A stretch of 36,772 bases of DNA from IMG/VR virus record IMGVR_UViG_3300025731_000010, positions 1 through 36,772 of that record. The stretch is one strand, 5' to 3'. This document shows positions 8,443-16,103 of this stretch, piece after piece. The DNA is from a virus (taxonomy: Duplodnaviria > Caudoviricetes). The stretch's first letter is position 1. Each line of letters begins with the position of its first letter. The translations under genes and the position numbers were made by a program. The notes under the pieces were generated by a model, which ran no database searches, was not told where the DNA came from, and worked only from the letters and a program-made list of their open reading frames with translations.

Positions 8443-8773
8443 TGGCGGCCACCGTTTGCTTCAGTTCTTTGGCCATGTCGCGCAGCACGTTGTTGTTGTT
8501 TTGGATGTATTGCTGATTGTTCAGCATGTGCGCTTCCAGTTTGGTGACCTGTGATTGCATGCTTTTTAGCAGGGTGAGGGCGGCGCGACTTAGGCCCTTG
8601 GGCATTTTTTTACTTTCTATAAAATCTTTGTGGATGCCACTCAGGGTGCTGGCTTGTTCTTTAATGGTTTCTTCCAGCTCAATCATGCGGTCATTGTTAG
8701 TGGCGGCAATATCAATTAATCCGGTGACATCTTTACGCAGTCTGGCCAATTCAAATTCTGATTTATTGCTCAT
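8432..8773 (-). CDS. Coiled-coil hypothetical protein
   Basis: Heptad-rich; ATGA overlap with the upstream ORF. Confidence 0.65.
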   Translation of the reverse strand: MSNKSEFELARLRKDVTGLIDIAATNNDRMIELEETIKEQASTLSGIHKDFIESKKMPKGLSRAALTLLKSMQSQVTKLEAHMLNNQQYIQNNNNVLRDMAKELKQTVAANDR

Positions 8774-8985
8774 GATTGATCCCCAAGTTTCCTGTGTTTG
8801 TTATTAGTTTGTGTGGTTGACATGCAGTGCAGCATTTCACCCAGTGTTATTTCAGTGACGGCGCTCTGGCCGTTGTGCAGTTGCTCATAAACATCGTTGG
8901 CCAGTGCTGGTTGGCTACTTAATTCCACCAGTTGGTCCAGTGTGTGGGCCATGGCTTGTTTAAAGAGTGCTAAACGATTCGGCAT
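8770..8985 (-). CDS. Hypothetical protein, first gene of the pL operon
   Basis: ATG at 8985 (MPNRLA) has a GAGG SD; the longer 9078 start would run through the promoter. Confidence 0.55.
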   Translation of the reverse strand: MPNRLALFKQAMAHTLDQLVELSSQPALANDVYEQLHNGQSAVTEITLGEMLHCMSTTQTNNKHRKLGDQS

Positions 8986-9050
8986 GTTGAGCCTCATTGT
9001 TTGGGTGTGAGCAATTAAGGATTGCTGGCCACTGCGTGTTGCATTAAATA

Positions 9051-9092
9051 ATGCATATGCGCATATTAGACGTGACAATACGGGTCTGTCAA
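9051..9092 (-). promoter_or_regulatory. Early leftward promoter (pL) with putative CI operator
   Basis: Perfect TTGACA at 9087-9092 (minus), -10 TAATAT or TCTAAT at 9063-9070, and operator ATGCATATGCGCAT at 9051-9064 matching the cI-cro operators. Confidence 0.7.
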
Positions 9093-9122
9093 TGCGCTTT
9101 AGTATTTATTAATGCATTAGCT

Positions 9123-9290
9123 TTATTGGGGTGGGGTATTGGCTTGAATGAAGTTGATGATTAGCTGGGCTTGTTCGGTGGTGATCCAGCCGGTGGCGTC
9201 CAGGTAAATTTCTGTACCATCGGATTCCAGATAGATTCGGGTATCGTGGGTGTCGGCTTCTATTGTTAAGCTGGGTAGTGATTGGCTCAT
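9123..9290 (-). CDS. Small ORF (55 aa, acidic); candidate effector or antirepressor
   Basis: Strong TAAGGAG SD (9297-9303); MSQSLPSLTIEADTHDTRIYLESDGTEIYLDATGWITTEQAQLIINFIQANTPPQ. Function is inferred from context only. Confidence 0.65.
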   Translation of the reverse strand: MSQSLPSLTIEADTHDTRIYLESDGTEIYLDATGWITTEQAQLIINFIQANTPPQ

Positions 9291-9350
9291 GATGTGCTCC
9301 TTAAGCATTTATCCATGCTAAGTAGCTTACCCCTGCCCAAGAGGATTCTG

Positions 9351-9384
9351 TATGGGGAAAACCCCTATAGGAAAAACTCCTATA
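9351..9384. promoter_or_regulatory. Tandem palindromic boxes, putative binding site of the PAS-LuxR regulator
   Basis: TATGGGGAAAACCCCTATA overlapping TATAGGAAAAACTCCTATA (15-bp period), upstream of a TAGCAT -10 (9315-9320, minus) with no good -35. Confidence 0.55.
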
Positions 9385-9386
9385 AA

Positions 9387-9995
9387 TCAGTTTAGGTATT
9401 TATCTTTACCCATGGCTAAGTAAGAAAGTCCTGATAAGTGTAGGGTTTGCGCCAGTGCTACCTTACTGCCAGCGTTAAATTTACGGCGTAGGTTTTCGAT
9501 ACGTTGTTCAACCGTCTTGGGGCTTATGTCCAGCTTGGCGGCGATGATTTTACTGCTGTTGGCCATCAAAAGTAGCCGTACCACATCCACTTCTTTGGCT
9601 GTCAGCTGTATGCCATTTACCTCAAAATGCCCGGTTTGAATGTTCCAGCGTCCTTTTTGCTCCATGAGTACTTGTCCTGTTATATCAACTGCATTGCCTA
9701 TTAAATAATTTTGTTCTTTCTGTTTGTTGCTCAGGATGGTTTTTATGCCCTGGCTTGTGATGAGCATGGTATGGGAATTGGTAACGGTTAGGCCCGTCAT
9801 TACCATGGTATCTTGTTTAAAGATACGATCGGCATGGTCATGCCATATGAGGTCGTGGTCGCACTTGCCAATAATGGCGTGGGCGCTGTCGATGCCCGCG
9901 TGGGCGGCATAACCTTCACTGCATTTAACGTACTTGCCGTGGCGGTCCTTTATCCAGGCGTTCACACGCTGCGAACCCCAATACAAATCTTCCAT
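9387..9995 (-). CDS. PAS plus LuxR-HTH transcription factor, VqmA-like
   Basis: PAS: WIKDRHGKY..CSEGY...GI.....IIGKCDHDL.W...A.....QD..V. LuxR HTH: LTAKEVDVVRLLL...SSKIIAAKLDISPKTVEQRIENLRRKF. Confidence 0.85.
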   Translation of the reverse strand: MEDLYWGSQRVNAWIKDRHGKYVKCSEGYAAHAGIDSAHAIIGKCDHDLIWHDHADRIFKQDTMVMTGLTVTNSHTMLITSQGIKTILSNKQKEQNYLIGNAVDITGQVLMEQKGRWNIQTGHFEVNGIQLTAKEVDVVRLLLMANSSKIIAAKLDISPKTVEQRIENLRRKFNAGSKVALAQTLHLSGLSYLAMGKDKYLN

Positions 9996-10081
9996 GTTTA
10001 TGCGCTTTTATTATTAATTACTCTGGATTAAGAAGTTAACCGTATTGACAGCTTTCGACCATGCACTGCCAGTAGAAAATA

Positions 10082-10119
10082 TTGAGAAATAGAGGGTTTA
10101 TTCTACTGTTAGTAGAATA
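10082..10119 (+). promoter_or_regulatory. Promoter with perfect inverted-repeat operator between the divergent PAS-LuxR and XRE genes
   Basis: TATTCTACT-GTT-AGTAGAATA (10099-10119) overlaps TTGAGA-N16-TACTGT; extra half-site AGTAGAA at 10071-10077. Confidence 0.55.
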
Positions 10120-10159
10120 GTGGGGTTTAATAGCCACACAGACTCAAAGGGTTCGTATT

Positions 10160-10459
10160 TTGGATAAGGCGCGGGGGTTAAGAATTACCCAGCGTATGGA
10201 AACGCTATCCACCACAGTGGATGCCATGGCCGAGCGCTGTGGTGTGAGTATTAAGGCAGTATATAAGTGGCGGGCAGGGCATAACCTGCCCAGTAATCGG
10301 GTAATCCAGCTATCAGAAGAACTTGAATGCAGCACTGATTACATTCTACTGGGGGTAGGAAACCCGGACGTTACCGGGGCGGCCCATCTGCTGGGTCAAA
10401 TGCCGGTATATGATCGTGAGCTGCTGCTGGCATTTTTGCGGGCCAGCTATCAAAAGTAA
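10160..10459 (+). CDS. XRE/Cro-CI family HTH regulator
   Basis: AMAERCGVSIKAVYKWRAG.NLP....IQLSEELECSTDYILLG. Start uncertain. Confidence 0.85.
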   Translation: MDKARGLRITQRMETLSTTVDAMAERCGVSIKAVYKWRAGHNLPSNRVIQLSEELECSTDYILLGVGNPDVTGAAHLLGQMPVYDRELLLAFLRASYQK

Positions 10460-10477
10460 CAATTAGGCAAGGTTAGG

Positions 10478-10516
10478 GTGACGTCACAGTGACGTCACTT
10501 ATTAATCAGTTATACT
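10478..10516 (+). promoter_or_regulatory. 21-bp tandem palindromic operator and promoter of the Arc-like gene
   Basis: GTGACGTCAC-A-GTGACGTCAC (10478-10498) covers a GTGACG -35; TATACT -10 at 10511-10516. Confidence 0.7.
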
Positions 10517-10535
10517 TTACAGTACACTTGCGCCC

Positions 10536-11105
10536 ATGACTGAACGCATAAAAACAACTCTGCGACTGCCTGAAAAACTGCATAAACGGTTTGATGCAGG
10601 CACTATGAATGCAGACATCGTGGCGCGCCTTGAAAATTCCTTTCGTGATGAATGGCGGGGCTTGGCGATGTCAGCAAACGGATTAATGGATTATGTGGAT
10701 TTGCCGGATGTATTGCGCATTAAAAGCAGCGGCAATGCCCATGAGGATATGGGGGCCATCTGTGAGCTGTTATCGGGTTTGCCGGTAGAAAGCGTGCTGC
10801 TAGGGCTTTCCAAGACCAAGCGCCTGGTGGTAGCCATGCAACTGGACAAGATCACGCTGGTGGCCGATCAGTGTGCGTTTGTGCTGGATAGCACGGGCCG
10901 CGCCGAAGATATGCATAATTTAATTGTATGTTTGGATGCGCAGGATTTATTAACGGATTGCCAGTGCGGGCTTAAGCCTGTGTTGCTGGGTGACAGTCCT
11001 AACCAGTCGTTAGATGCGGTATTTAATCAAACTAAAAAAGCAGGTATGCAGGGCATTCGGTCCCTGTGTGAATTGCTTAACCCTTCTTATACCATCGATA
11101 TTTAG
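10536..11105 (+). CDS. Arc-family ribbon-helix-helix protein with an uncharacterised C-terminal domain
   Basis: IKTTLRLPEKLHK...TMNADIVARLENSF is Arc-like. Confidence 0.72.
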   Translation: MTERIKTTLRLPEKLHKRFDAGTMNADIVARLENSFRDEWRGLAMSANGLMDYVDLPDVLRIKSSGNAHEDMGAICELLSGLPVESVLLGLSKTKRLVVAMQLDKITLVADQCAFVLDSTGRAEDMHNLIVCLDAQDLLTDCQCGLKPVLLGDSPNQSLDAVFNQTKKAGMQGIRSLCELLNPSYTIDI

Positions 11106-11443
11106 TTTTTATTCAGTCTATCTACTAGCTGGCTAAGCACGATGCAATCCATATCATCCAGTTTGCCATTCATGCTGGACTGATTGATGCGGGCAATTAA
11201 TTCCTGCGCCGCGCTGGACAATTCTCCTTCAATTTTGTCACTCGTTAGATAGGCCACGCTCACGTTTAGTGCTTTTGCGATGGATGCCAGGTTGTTTAAT
11301 CTGGGGTTTTCACTGATGCCATTCACAATCCTGTGTACGGTGGGCTGAGATAACCCAGACTTTTGCGCCAGTTCTGTCTCGTTCCAGCTTTTACTGTTCA
11401 GTAATGCGGTCACGCGCGTGGCGATCGTCCCTGTCTTGCTCAT
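11102..11443 (-). CDS. cI: CI-like repressor (XRE HTH, 113 aa, no S24 peptidase domain)
   Basis: ETELAQKSGLSQPTVHRIVNG..ENPR...LASIAKALNVSVAYL; divergent from the cro-like gene. Confidence 0.8.
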   Translation of the reverse strand: MSKTGTIATRVTALLNSKSWNETELAQKSGLSQPTVHRIVNGISENPRLNNLASIAKALNVSVAYLTSDKIEGELSSAAQELIARINQSSMNGKLDDMDCIVLSQLVDRLNKN

Positions 11444-11458
11444 TAGTTTCTTCTCATT

Positions 11459-11537
11459 ATGCGTATGCGCATTAAATTATGATTAAAAAACGCTTGCAAA
11501 TTAAAATGCATAGATGCATTATTGAATGCATATACAG
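11459..11537. promoter_or_regulatory. OR-like operators and pR
   Basis: ATGCGTATGCGCAT 11459-11472, ATGCATAGATGCAT 11506-11519, half-site at 11526; TTGCAA(11494-11499)-N17-CATTAT. Confidence 0.7.
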
Positions 11538-11550
11538 AATGGTGTTTAAA

Positions 11551-11739
11551 ATGAATCTTCAGGAAATAATTGCAAAATTGATCAGTGATGGCTTTACCGA
11601 AGCGGGCATAGCCAAGCAGGTAAGCGCAGACCAATCGACAATTCAGCGTATTAAAAAGGGCAGTGAACCTAAATATGGGCTGGGTTGCCGCATTAAGGCG
11701 TTGTATGTGCAACATGTCGGCAAACCTATAAGTGAATAA
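11551..11739 (+). CDS. cro: Cro-like HTH protein
   Basis: GFTEAGIAKQVSADQSTIQRIKKG.EP; first gene after pR. Confidence 0.75.
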   Translation: MNLQEIIAKLISDGFTEAGIAKQVSADQSTIQRIKKGSEPKYGLGCRIKALYVQHVGKPISE

Positions 11740-11803
11740 TTAAATTCATTTTTACATAGTAGTACAAAATTTAAACAGTGATCACAGGGAGTTACCACTA
11801 CAC

Positions 11804-12268
11804 ATGAAAACACTAACTTTGGATCAAGCCTGTAAAGAAGCCGTAGTTGGTTTTACGGGTGGCATTGAAGCGGTGGCAAGGGCCACTGGCATTCGTAGCC
11901 TTCAGCAGAAACTAAACACTGCTAGTGATCGCAATAAGTTAAGCGCGGGTGATGTTGAGCAAATATTAAAGCTCACTCGTAGCCATGAAATTTTAGATGT
12001 TATCTGTGGCCGTGTAGACGCTGCCTGGGTTGATTTAACCGAACTGGATAATCTGCCCTGTGATACCAGCATGCTGGACAACATCACTGACCTGATCACC
12101 AGGGTGGGTGTATTAACCCAAAACGTGCAAACCAGTTTGGCCGATGGTGTGGTGGATAAAACAGAAATGATTGAACTAGAACGCGCCAGCATGAGATTAG
12201 TGCGTGCCAGTCTTACCGTAGTGGAACGCTCCAAGCAATTTATGGAAGACGATGTTGAAAGCGCCTAA
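11804..12268 (+). CDS. Phage regulatory CII-family protein
   Basis: GGIEAVA...LQQKLN......L........T....ILD...; C-terminal LADGVVDKTE; position after cro. Confidence 0.75.
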   Translation: MKTLTLDQACKEAVVGFTGGIEAVARATGIRSLQQKLNTASDRNKLSAGDVEQILKLTRSHEILDVICGRVDAAWVDLTELDNLPCDTSMLDNITDLITRVGVLTQNVQTSLADGVVDKTEMIELERASMRLVRASLTVVERSKQFMEDDVESA

Positions 12269-12479
12269 TGCCCTACAGGGCCATGCCCGTGAAGCCATAC
12301 GCGAATATTTGAGTGATGTGGAATGCGCCAATGTTGATGAGATGGTTGAAGTATTAACCGTTATGTTGACCCGCATTGCATTTTTGATTGAACGTAAAAC
12401 CAACACTGATACCGCCCAGTTGGCCCTGTATGCGCCATATCAGGCACTAGGCAACAAGGATAATAATAATGCAGTTTGA
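12252..12479 (+). CDS. Hypothetical phage protein (75 aa)
   Basis: Overlaps both neighbours in the operon. Confidence 0.6.
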   Translation: MLKAPNALQGHAREAIREYLSDVECANVDEMVEVLTVMLTRIAFLIERKTNTDTAQLALYAPYQALGNKDNNNAV

Positions 12480-13539
12480 ACAATGCACATTAGATGAGGT
12501 GGCCGAGGCATTAGAGTTTTTAGATGCTGGTGTGAGCCGTGAAGACTGGATCAAGTTGGGTTTTGCCATCAAGGCAGAATTTGGAGAGGGTGGCCGCAGT
12601 ACTTTTGAAGACTTTAGCCAGACCAGTGATAAATACAGTAAAACCGATTTTAAGACCGCCTGGAAAAGCATTAAGCAAAGCGGCGGCACTAACATAGGTA
12701 GCTTATTTAAACTGGCCATCGATGCCGGTTACAAGCCTGCCAAGACGCAATTCACAGAAGATGAAAAACAAAAACGCCAGCAAGAAAGCCAAGCGCGCCG
12801 TGTATTGCGTGAACAGGAATCGGCTGAAGAGCAGCGTTTATTAATTGAATTGCAAAATCACATCTCAGTGGTGAGTGAAATTATTTGGGAGAATCTGCCG
12901 ATTGATGGTGAGTCTGAATACCTTAACAAAAAACAGGTTAATGCCTGCGGTGCTCGGGTGGTGAAAGAGGCCTTTATGATCGTGGTGGACCTGGTTAAAA
13001 ACGTGGCACTGATCCTTACCGATTACCAAGCAATGATAAGAATGACCGAATTCAAAAAGGAAAGCCCGGATGCGGTGTCGTTTCATTGGCTTAAGAAAGG
13101 CACGTTGGTGCTGCCTATGTTCGACATAAACCGGAAGTTGTGGAGCCTGCAATTTGTATTGGCTAATGGCACTAAATTATTTATTAAAAACAGTCGTAAA
13201 TCAGGTACCTGCTTTTTGTTAGGCAGTGCCTATGACTTAGATGCGACTACACCGATTTGTTTGGCCGAAGGGTTTGCCACAGGTGCGTCTATCCATATGG
13301 CCACTGGCTGTCCTGTTTTTGTATGTTGGGATGCTGGCAACTTAGTAAAAATGGCGCCAGCTATTCGTCACTCGTTTCCTGATCAGTTGATGCTGGTATG
13401 TGGTGATAACGATCATCAAACCAAAGATAACCCTGGTATAAAAAAGGCCCGAGATGCAGCGGCCAAGGCTTGTTGTGGTTTTGTAGTGCCTGATTTTTCT
13501 CAAGTGGCTGCTGATTTTAAGGAGGCTGCTAATGCTTGA
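12469..13539 (+). CDS. Primase: PriCT-2 N-terminus plus Toprim (P4 alpha/TraC-like)
   Basis: REDWIKLGFAIK...FS..S.KY......W.S...IGSLFKLA..AG; YLNKK; SLQF; LAEGFATGASI; DAGNL; CGDND. Confidence 0.88.
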   Translation: MQFEQCTLDEVAEALEFLDAGVSREDWIKLGFAIKAEFGEGGRSTFEDFSQTSDKYSKTDFKTAWKSIKQSGGTNIGSLFKLAIDAGYKPAKTQFTEDEKQKRQQESQARRVLREQESAEEQRLLIELQNHISVVSEIIWENLPIDGESEYLNKKQVNACGARVVKEAFMIVVDLVKNVALILTDYQAMIRMTEFKKESPDAVSFHWLKKGTLVLPMFDINRKLWSLQFVLANGTKLFIKNSRKSGTCFLLGSAYDLDATTPICLAEGFATGASIHMATGCPVFVCWDAGNLVKMAPAIRHSFPDQLMLVCGDNDHQTKDNPGIKKARDAAAKACCGFVVPDFSQVAADFKEAANA

Positions 13540-15229
13540 TATTAATGAGTGTACCGATTTTAACGATCTGCATTTAACCTGCGGGCTTGATGCCGTAAAA
13601 CAGCAAATTGAATCTGCCCTACAAAGCCCGTCTGCCGATGCGGTGATTAACCCTGCTACGGCAGCGGCGAATGAGTCTCCCGCACCCTCTATCAATGCAG
13701 GCGCGGCAATTTCTGAAACGATCACTATTACATCCTGCGCCATTACACTAGACCAGGTTAAAGAACGTTTTGCCCTTATCGTACCGTCTACCAATGTTTG
13801 GAACATTAACGATAAGCAGAAGCTAAAGAAAGCTGAATTCATGGCCCTAGTGGGTGCCAAGACCGGCAAAGAATGGTGGGAAGCCGCCGATAAGCGCCAA
13901 GTGAATGAAGCTGATGTGAATATAAAAATTTCCGCCGCCCAAACAGAGGGGGACGGGGAATTGGCCATGGCCTTGGGCCGTTATGTGTATCTAAACCCGT
14001 CACAGTCTGTGTGGGACCATAAAAACCGTGAAGTGGTGAATATTGCCGATTTGAAATACGCCATTCCCAATGCGTTTTCTTTCTGGAATCAGTCGGCTAT
14101 GCGCAAGCAAATTGATAAAGCCAATCTGGTGTTTGATCCTACTCAAAAATGTGACGCTAAAACGCACATTAATATGTTTCAGGGTTTGCCTTTAGAGCCC
14201 GATCATAACGATGACGGCTGCCAAGCGATTATCGACATGATGTACCTGCTGTGTAATGAGGATTTAAAGGTGTGGACCTGGTTGGCTAAGTGGATGGCGT
14301 ACCCGTTACAGCATGTAGGGGCAAAAATGCATACTGCCGTGCTGATGCACTCTGATGTGCAGGGATCGGGTAAGTCGTTGTTCTTTGATGGAGTTATGCG
14401 CGGCATCTACGGCGAATACGGCGCGACATTGGGCCAAACACAGATGGAAAGCCAATATACAGATTGGTCCAGTAATTTGTTATACGGCCTGTTTGAAGAA
14501 ATATTCAGCCGGGACCAGAAGTACAGCCACATGGGCACCATCAAACAAATGATTACCGGTGATAAACAGCGCATCGAAAAGAAATTTATGAGCGGTTGGG
14601 AAGAAGCCAACCACATGAACTGCATATTTTTATCAAATGAATTGTTGCCGTTTCCCATCGAGCAGTCTGATCGCCGCTTTTTGGTTATCTGGCCTAACTG
14701 GAAGCTGGACGCTGAATTACAAGCGCGAGTGGGTGCCGAGCTTAAGGCTGGTGGCGCTGCTGCCTTTCTGGGTTGGTTATTAAAATTGGATACCTCTGAT
14801 TTTGAAGTAAGAACCAAACCGCCCATGACTGAAGCTAAAGAGTGGTTGATTGATTTTGGCCGTCCCACCTGGGACCAGTTTTATCAGTGTTGGAAAGGGG
14901 GTCATATTGATATTCCATATATTCCATGCCTTACGACCGATCTGTGGAATGTCTATCGACACTGGTGCAAGGCCAATGGCATCGGCAAGGTCATGGATAA
15001 TCAGAAGTTTCCAAAGCTCATTGAGCGTCGAGTGTTGAGGCGTGAAGCTCATCAGCCGTATGTGTTTGGTCCGGATGATAAAAAGGATAAGAAGGGCACG
15101 TTCTATTTGACCATTGAGCCCTCCAAGGCTGGCGGGAAGTCTAAAAAGCTGTGGCTTGGTGAAAGTGTCAAAGAGTTCCGCGTGAAGATGGATGAGTATA
15201 TTGGGGTAGATGAAAATGAAAAGTACTAA
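13532..15229 (+). CDS. SF3 helicase (DUF5906/D5-like primase-helicase)
   Basis: Walker A QGSGKS, Walker B LFEE, IEKKF, motif C FLSN, SDRRF; AAGGAGG SD. Confidence 0.9.
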   Translation: MLDINECTDFNDLHLTCGLDAVKQQIESALQSPSADAVINPATAAANESPAPSINAGAAISETITITSCAITLDQVKERFALIVPSTNVWNINDKQKLKKAEFMALVGAKTGKEWWEAADKRQVNEADVNIKISAAQTEGDGELAMALGRYVYLNPSQSVWDHKNREVVNIADLKYAIPNAFSFWNQSAMRKQIDKANLVFDPTQKCDAKTHINMFQGLPLEPDHNDDGCQAIIDMMYLLCNEDLKVWTWLAKWMAYPLQHVGAKMHTAVLMHSDVQGSGKSLFFDGVMRGIYGEYGATLGQTQMESQYTDWSSNLLYGLFEEIFSRDQKYSHMGTIKQMITGDKQRIEKKFMSGWEEANHMNCIFLSNELLPFPIEQSDRRFLVIWPNWKLDAELQARVGAELKAGGAAAFLGWLLKLDTSDFEVRTKPPMTEAKEWLIDFGRPTWDQFYQCWKGGHIDIPYIPCLTTDLWNVYRHWCKANGIGKVMDNQKFPKLIERRVLRREAHQPYVFGPDDKKDKKGTFYLTIEPSKAGGKSKKLWLGESVKEFRVKMDEYIGVDENEKY

Positions 15230-15510
15230 CCGTCCTATGGGTTGTCCTATAGGTTTTCATCAACCCCTAGGAGCCGTATATGCACGTGGTTATTGGCTTC
15301 CAGAGGATTGTCCTAGGAGTACCAAGGGTTTAACGCGCGCACACGGGCGCAAAATATAGTAAAGAAATTGCAGTAAGTTTTATTCCTCTACACATATAGA
15401 AAACCCCTAGTACCCCTAGGACTCCTAGGATAATTAACCTAAGTTACTGATTCTATTAGAAAAAAATACCCTAAGGGTTTTAAGAAACCGATAGGACTTG
15501 GTAGGACGAT
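15230..15510. repeat. Putative replication origin with CCTAGG-type iterons
   Basis: About 10 CCTAGG/CCTATAGG/CCTAAGG variants, a CGCGCGCACACG tract, AT-rich stretches and an IHF-like TAAGTTACTGATT (15440-15452), right after the helicase. Confidence 0.65.
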
Positions 15511-15528
15511 CAAAAAAGGACTGATGAA

Positions 15529-15870
15529 ATGATTGACGCAATGCATGAACGTTTATTGGACTGGGCTGAAGCATGTGGTGGCGGCGGTGCCTTCTCTACA
15601 GCATGGGCATATGCCTTATCTGGAGAATCTAGGGGGGAAGGGCAGGGTTTGGCCGTTCCTTTTAGTATGGCCGTATATGAAACCGAAAAAGCCGTACAGG
15701 GGCTGCCTGAAGCCCTTAGGCTCATAGTGAAAGAGTTCTACATCAATAGCACATCAACGCTGGCACAAAAGCTCAATGCCCTGGGCATGTCCAAGCGCAC
15801 CTTGTATAGGCGCTTAGATGAGGCTCATAAGGAGATTGAGCAGGCATTAATGGGGTGTATTCATGCTTAA
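15529..15870 (+). CDS. Late gene regulator / antiterminator Q-like
   Basis: RLLDWA...; AVQGLPEALRLIVKEFY...LGMSKRTLYRRLDEAH (sigma region 4-like HTH); upstream of a promoter-terminator and the lysis genes. Confidence 0.75.
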   Translation: MIDAMHERLLDWAEACGGGGAFSTAWAYALSGESRGEGQGLAVPFSMAVYETEKAVQGLPEALRLIVKEFYINSTSTLAQKLNALGMSKRTLYRRLDEAHKEIEQALMGCIHA

Positions 15871-15970
15871 AGTTATCCCATGTAGTGCTTTTAGGAGCAC
15901 ATCACTACAGCCACAGGCTTGATGTTTATTGGCCTGTGTGGCTTATCCACAGAAACCGGAAGTGGCCATT

Positions 15971-16001
15971 TTGAAAGAGCCGTGGCACAGAGTGATATAG
16001 T
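15971..16001 (+). promoter_or_regulatory. Late promoter (pR'-like)
   Basis: Extended -10 TGaTATAGT (15993-16001) with TTGAAA at 15971-15976. Confidence 0.55.
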
Positions 16002-16052
16002 TTGTTCCATGATCTGATAGTTGGGTCAGTTCATAGGAAGTTTGCATTGTTT

Positions 16053-16085
16053 GCCCCTCATGTAATTGCATGCAGGGGCTTTTTT
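16053..16085 (+). terminator. Intrinsic terminator (tR'-like) before the holin
   Basis: GCCCCTCATGTAA/TTGCATGCAGGGGC hairpin followed by TTTTTT. Confidence 0.75.
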
Positions 16086-16103
16086 ATGTCCGGGATAAAG
16101 TAC

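Noticed and set aside
11522-11537. LexA-like TTGAATGCATATACAG near pR
   Set aside because: One half-site breaks the CTG consensus; better explained as a CI operator half-site.
15216-15359. 47-codon ORF across the iteron region
   Set aside because: No protein-like features; sequence is explained by origin repeats.
15230-15510. Repeat cluster considered as a CRISPR array or structured ncRNA
   Set aside because: Repeats are 6-8 bp and irregularly spaced; no cas genes.
16002-16085. Long N-terminal extension of the holin ORF
   Set aside because: Spans the late leader and terminator; start at 16086 or 16104 is more plausible.
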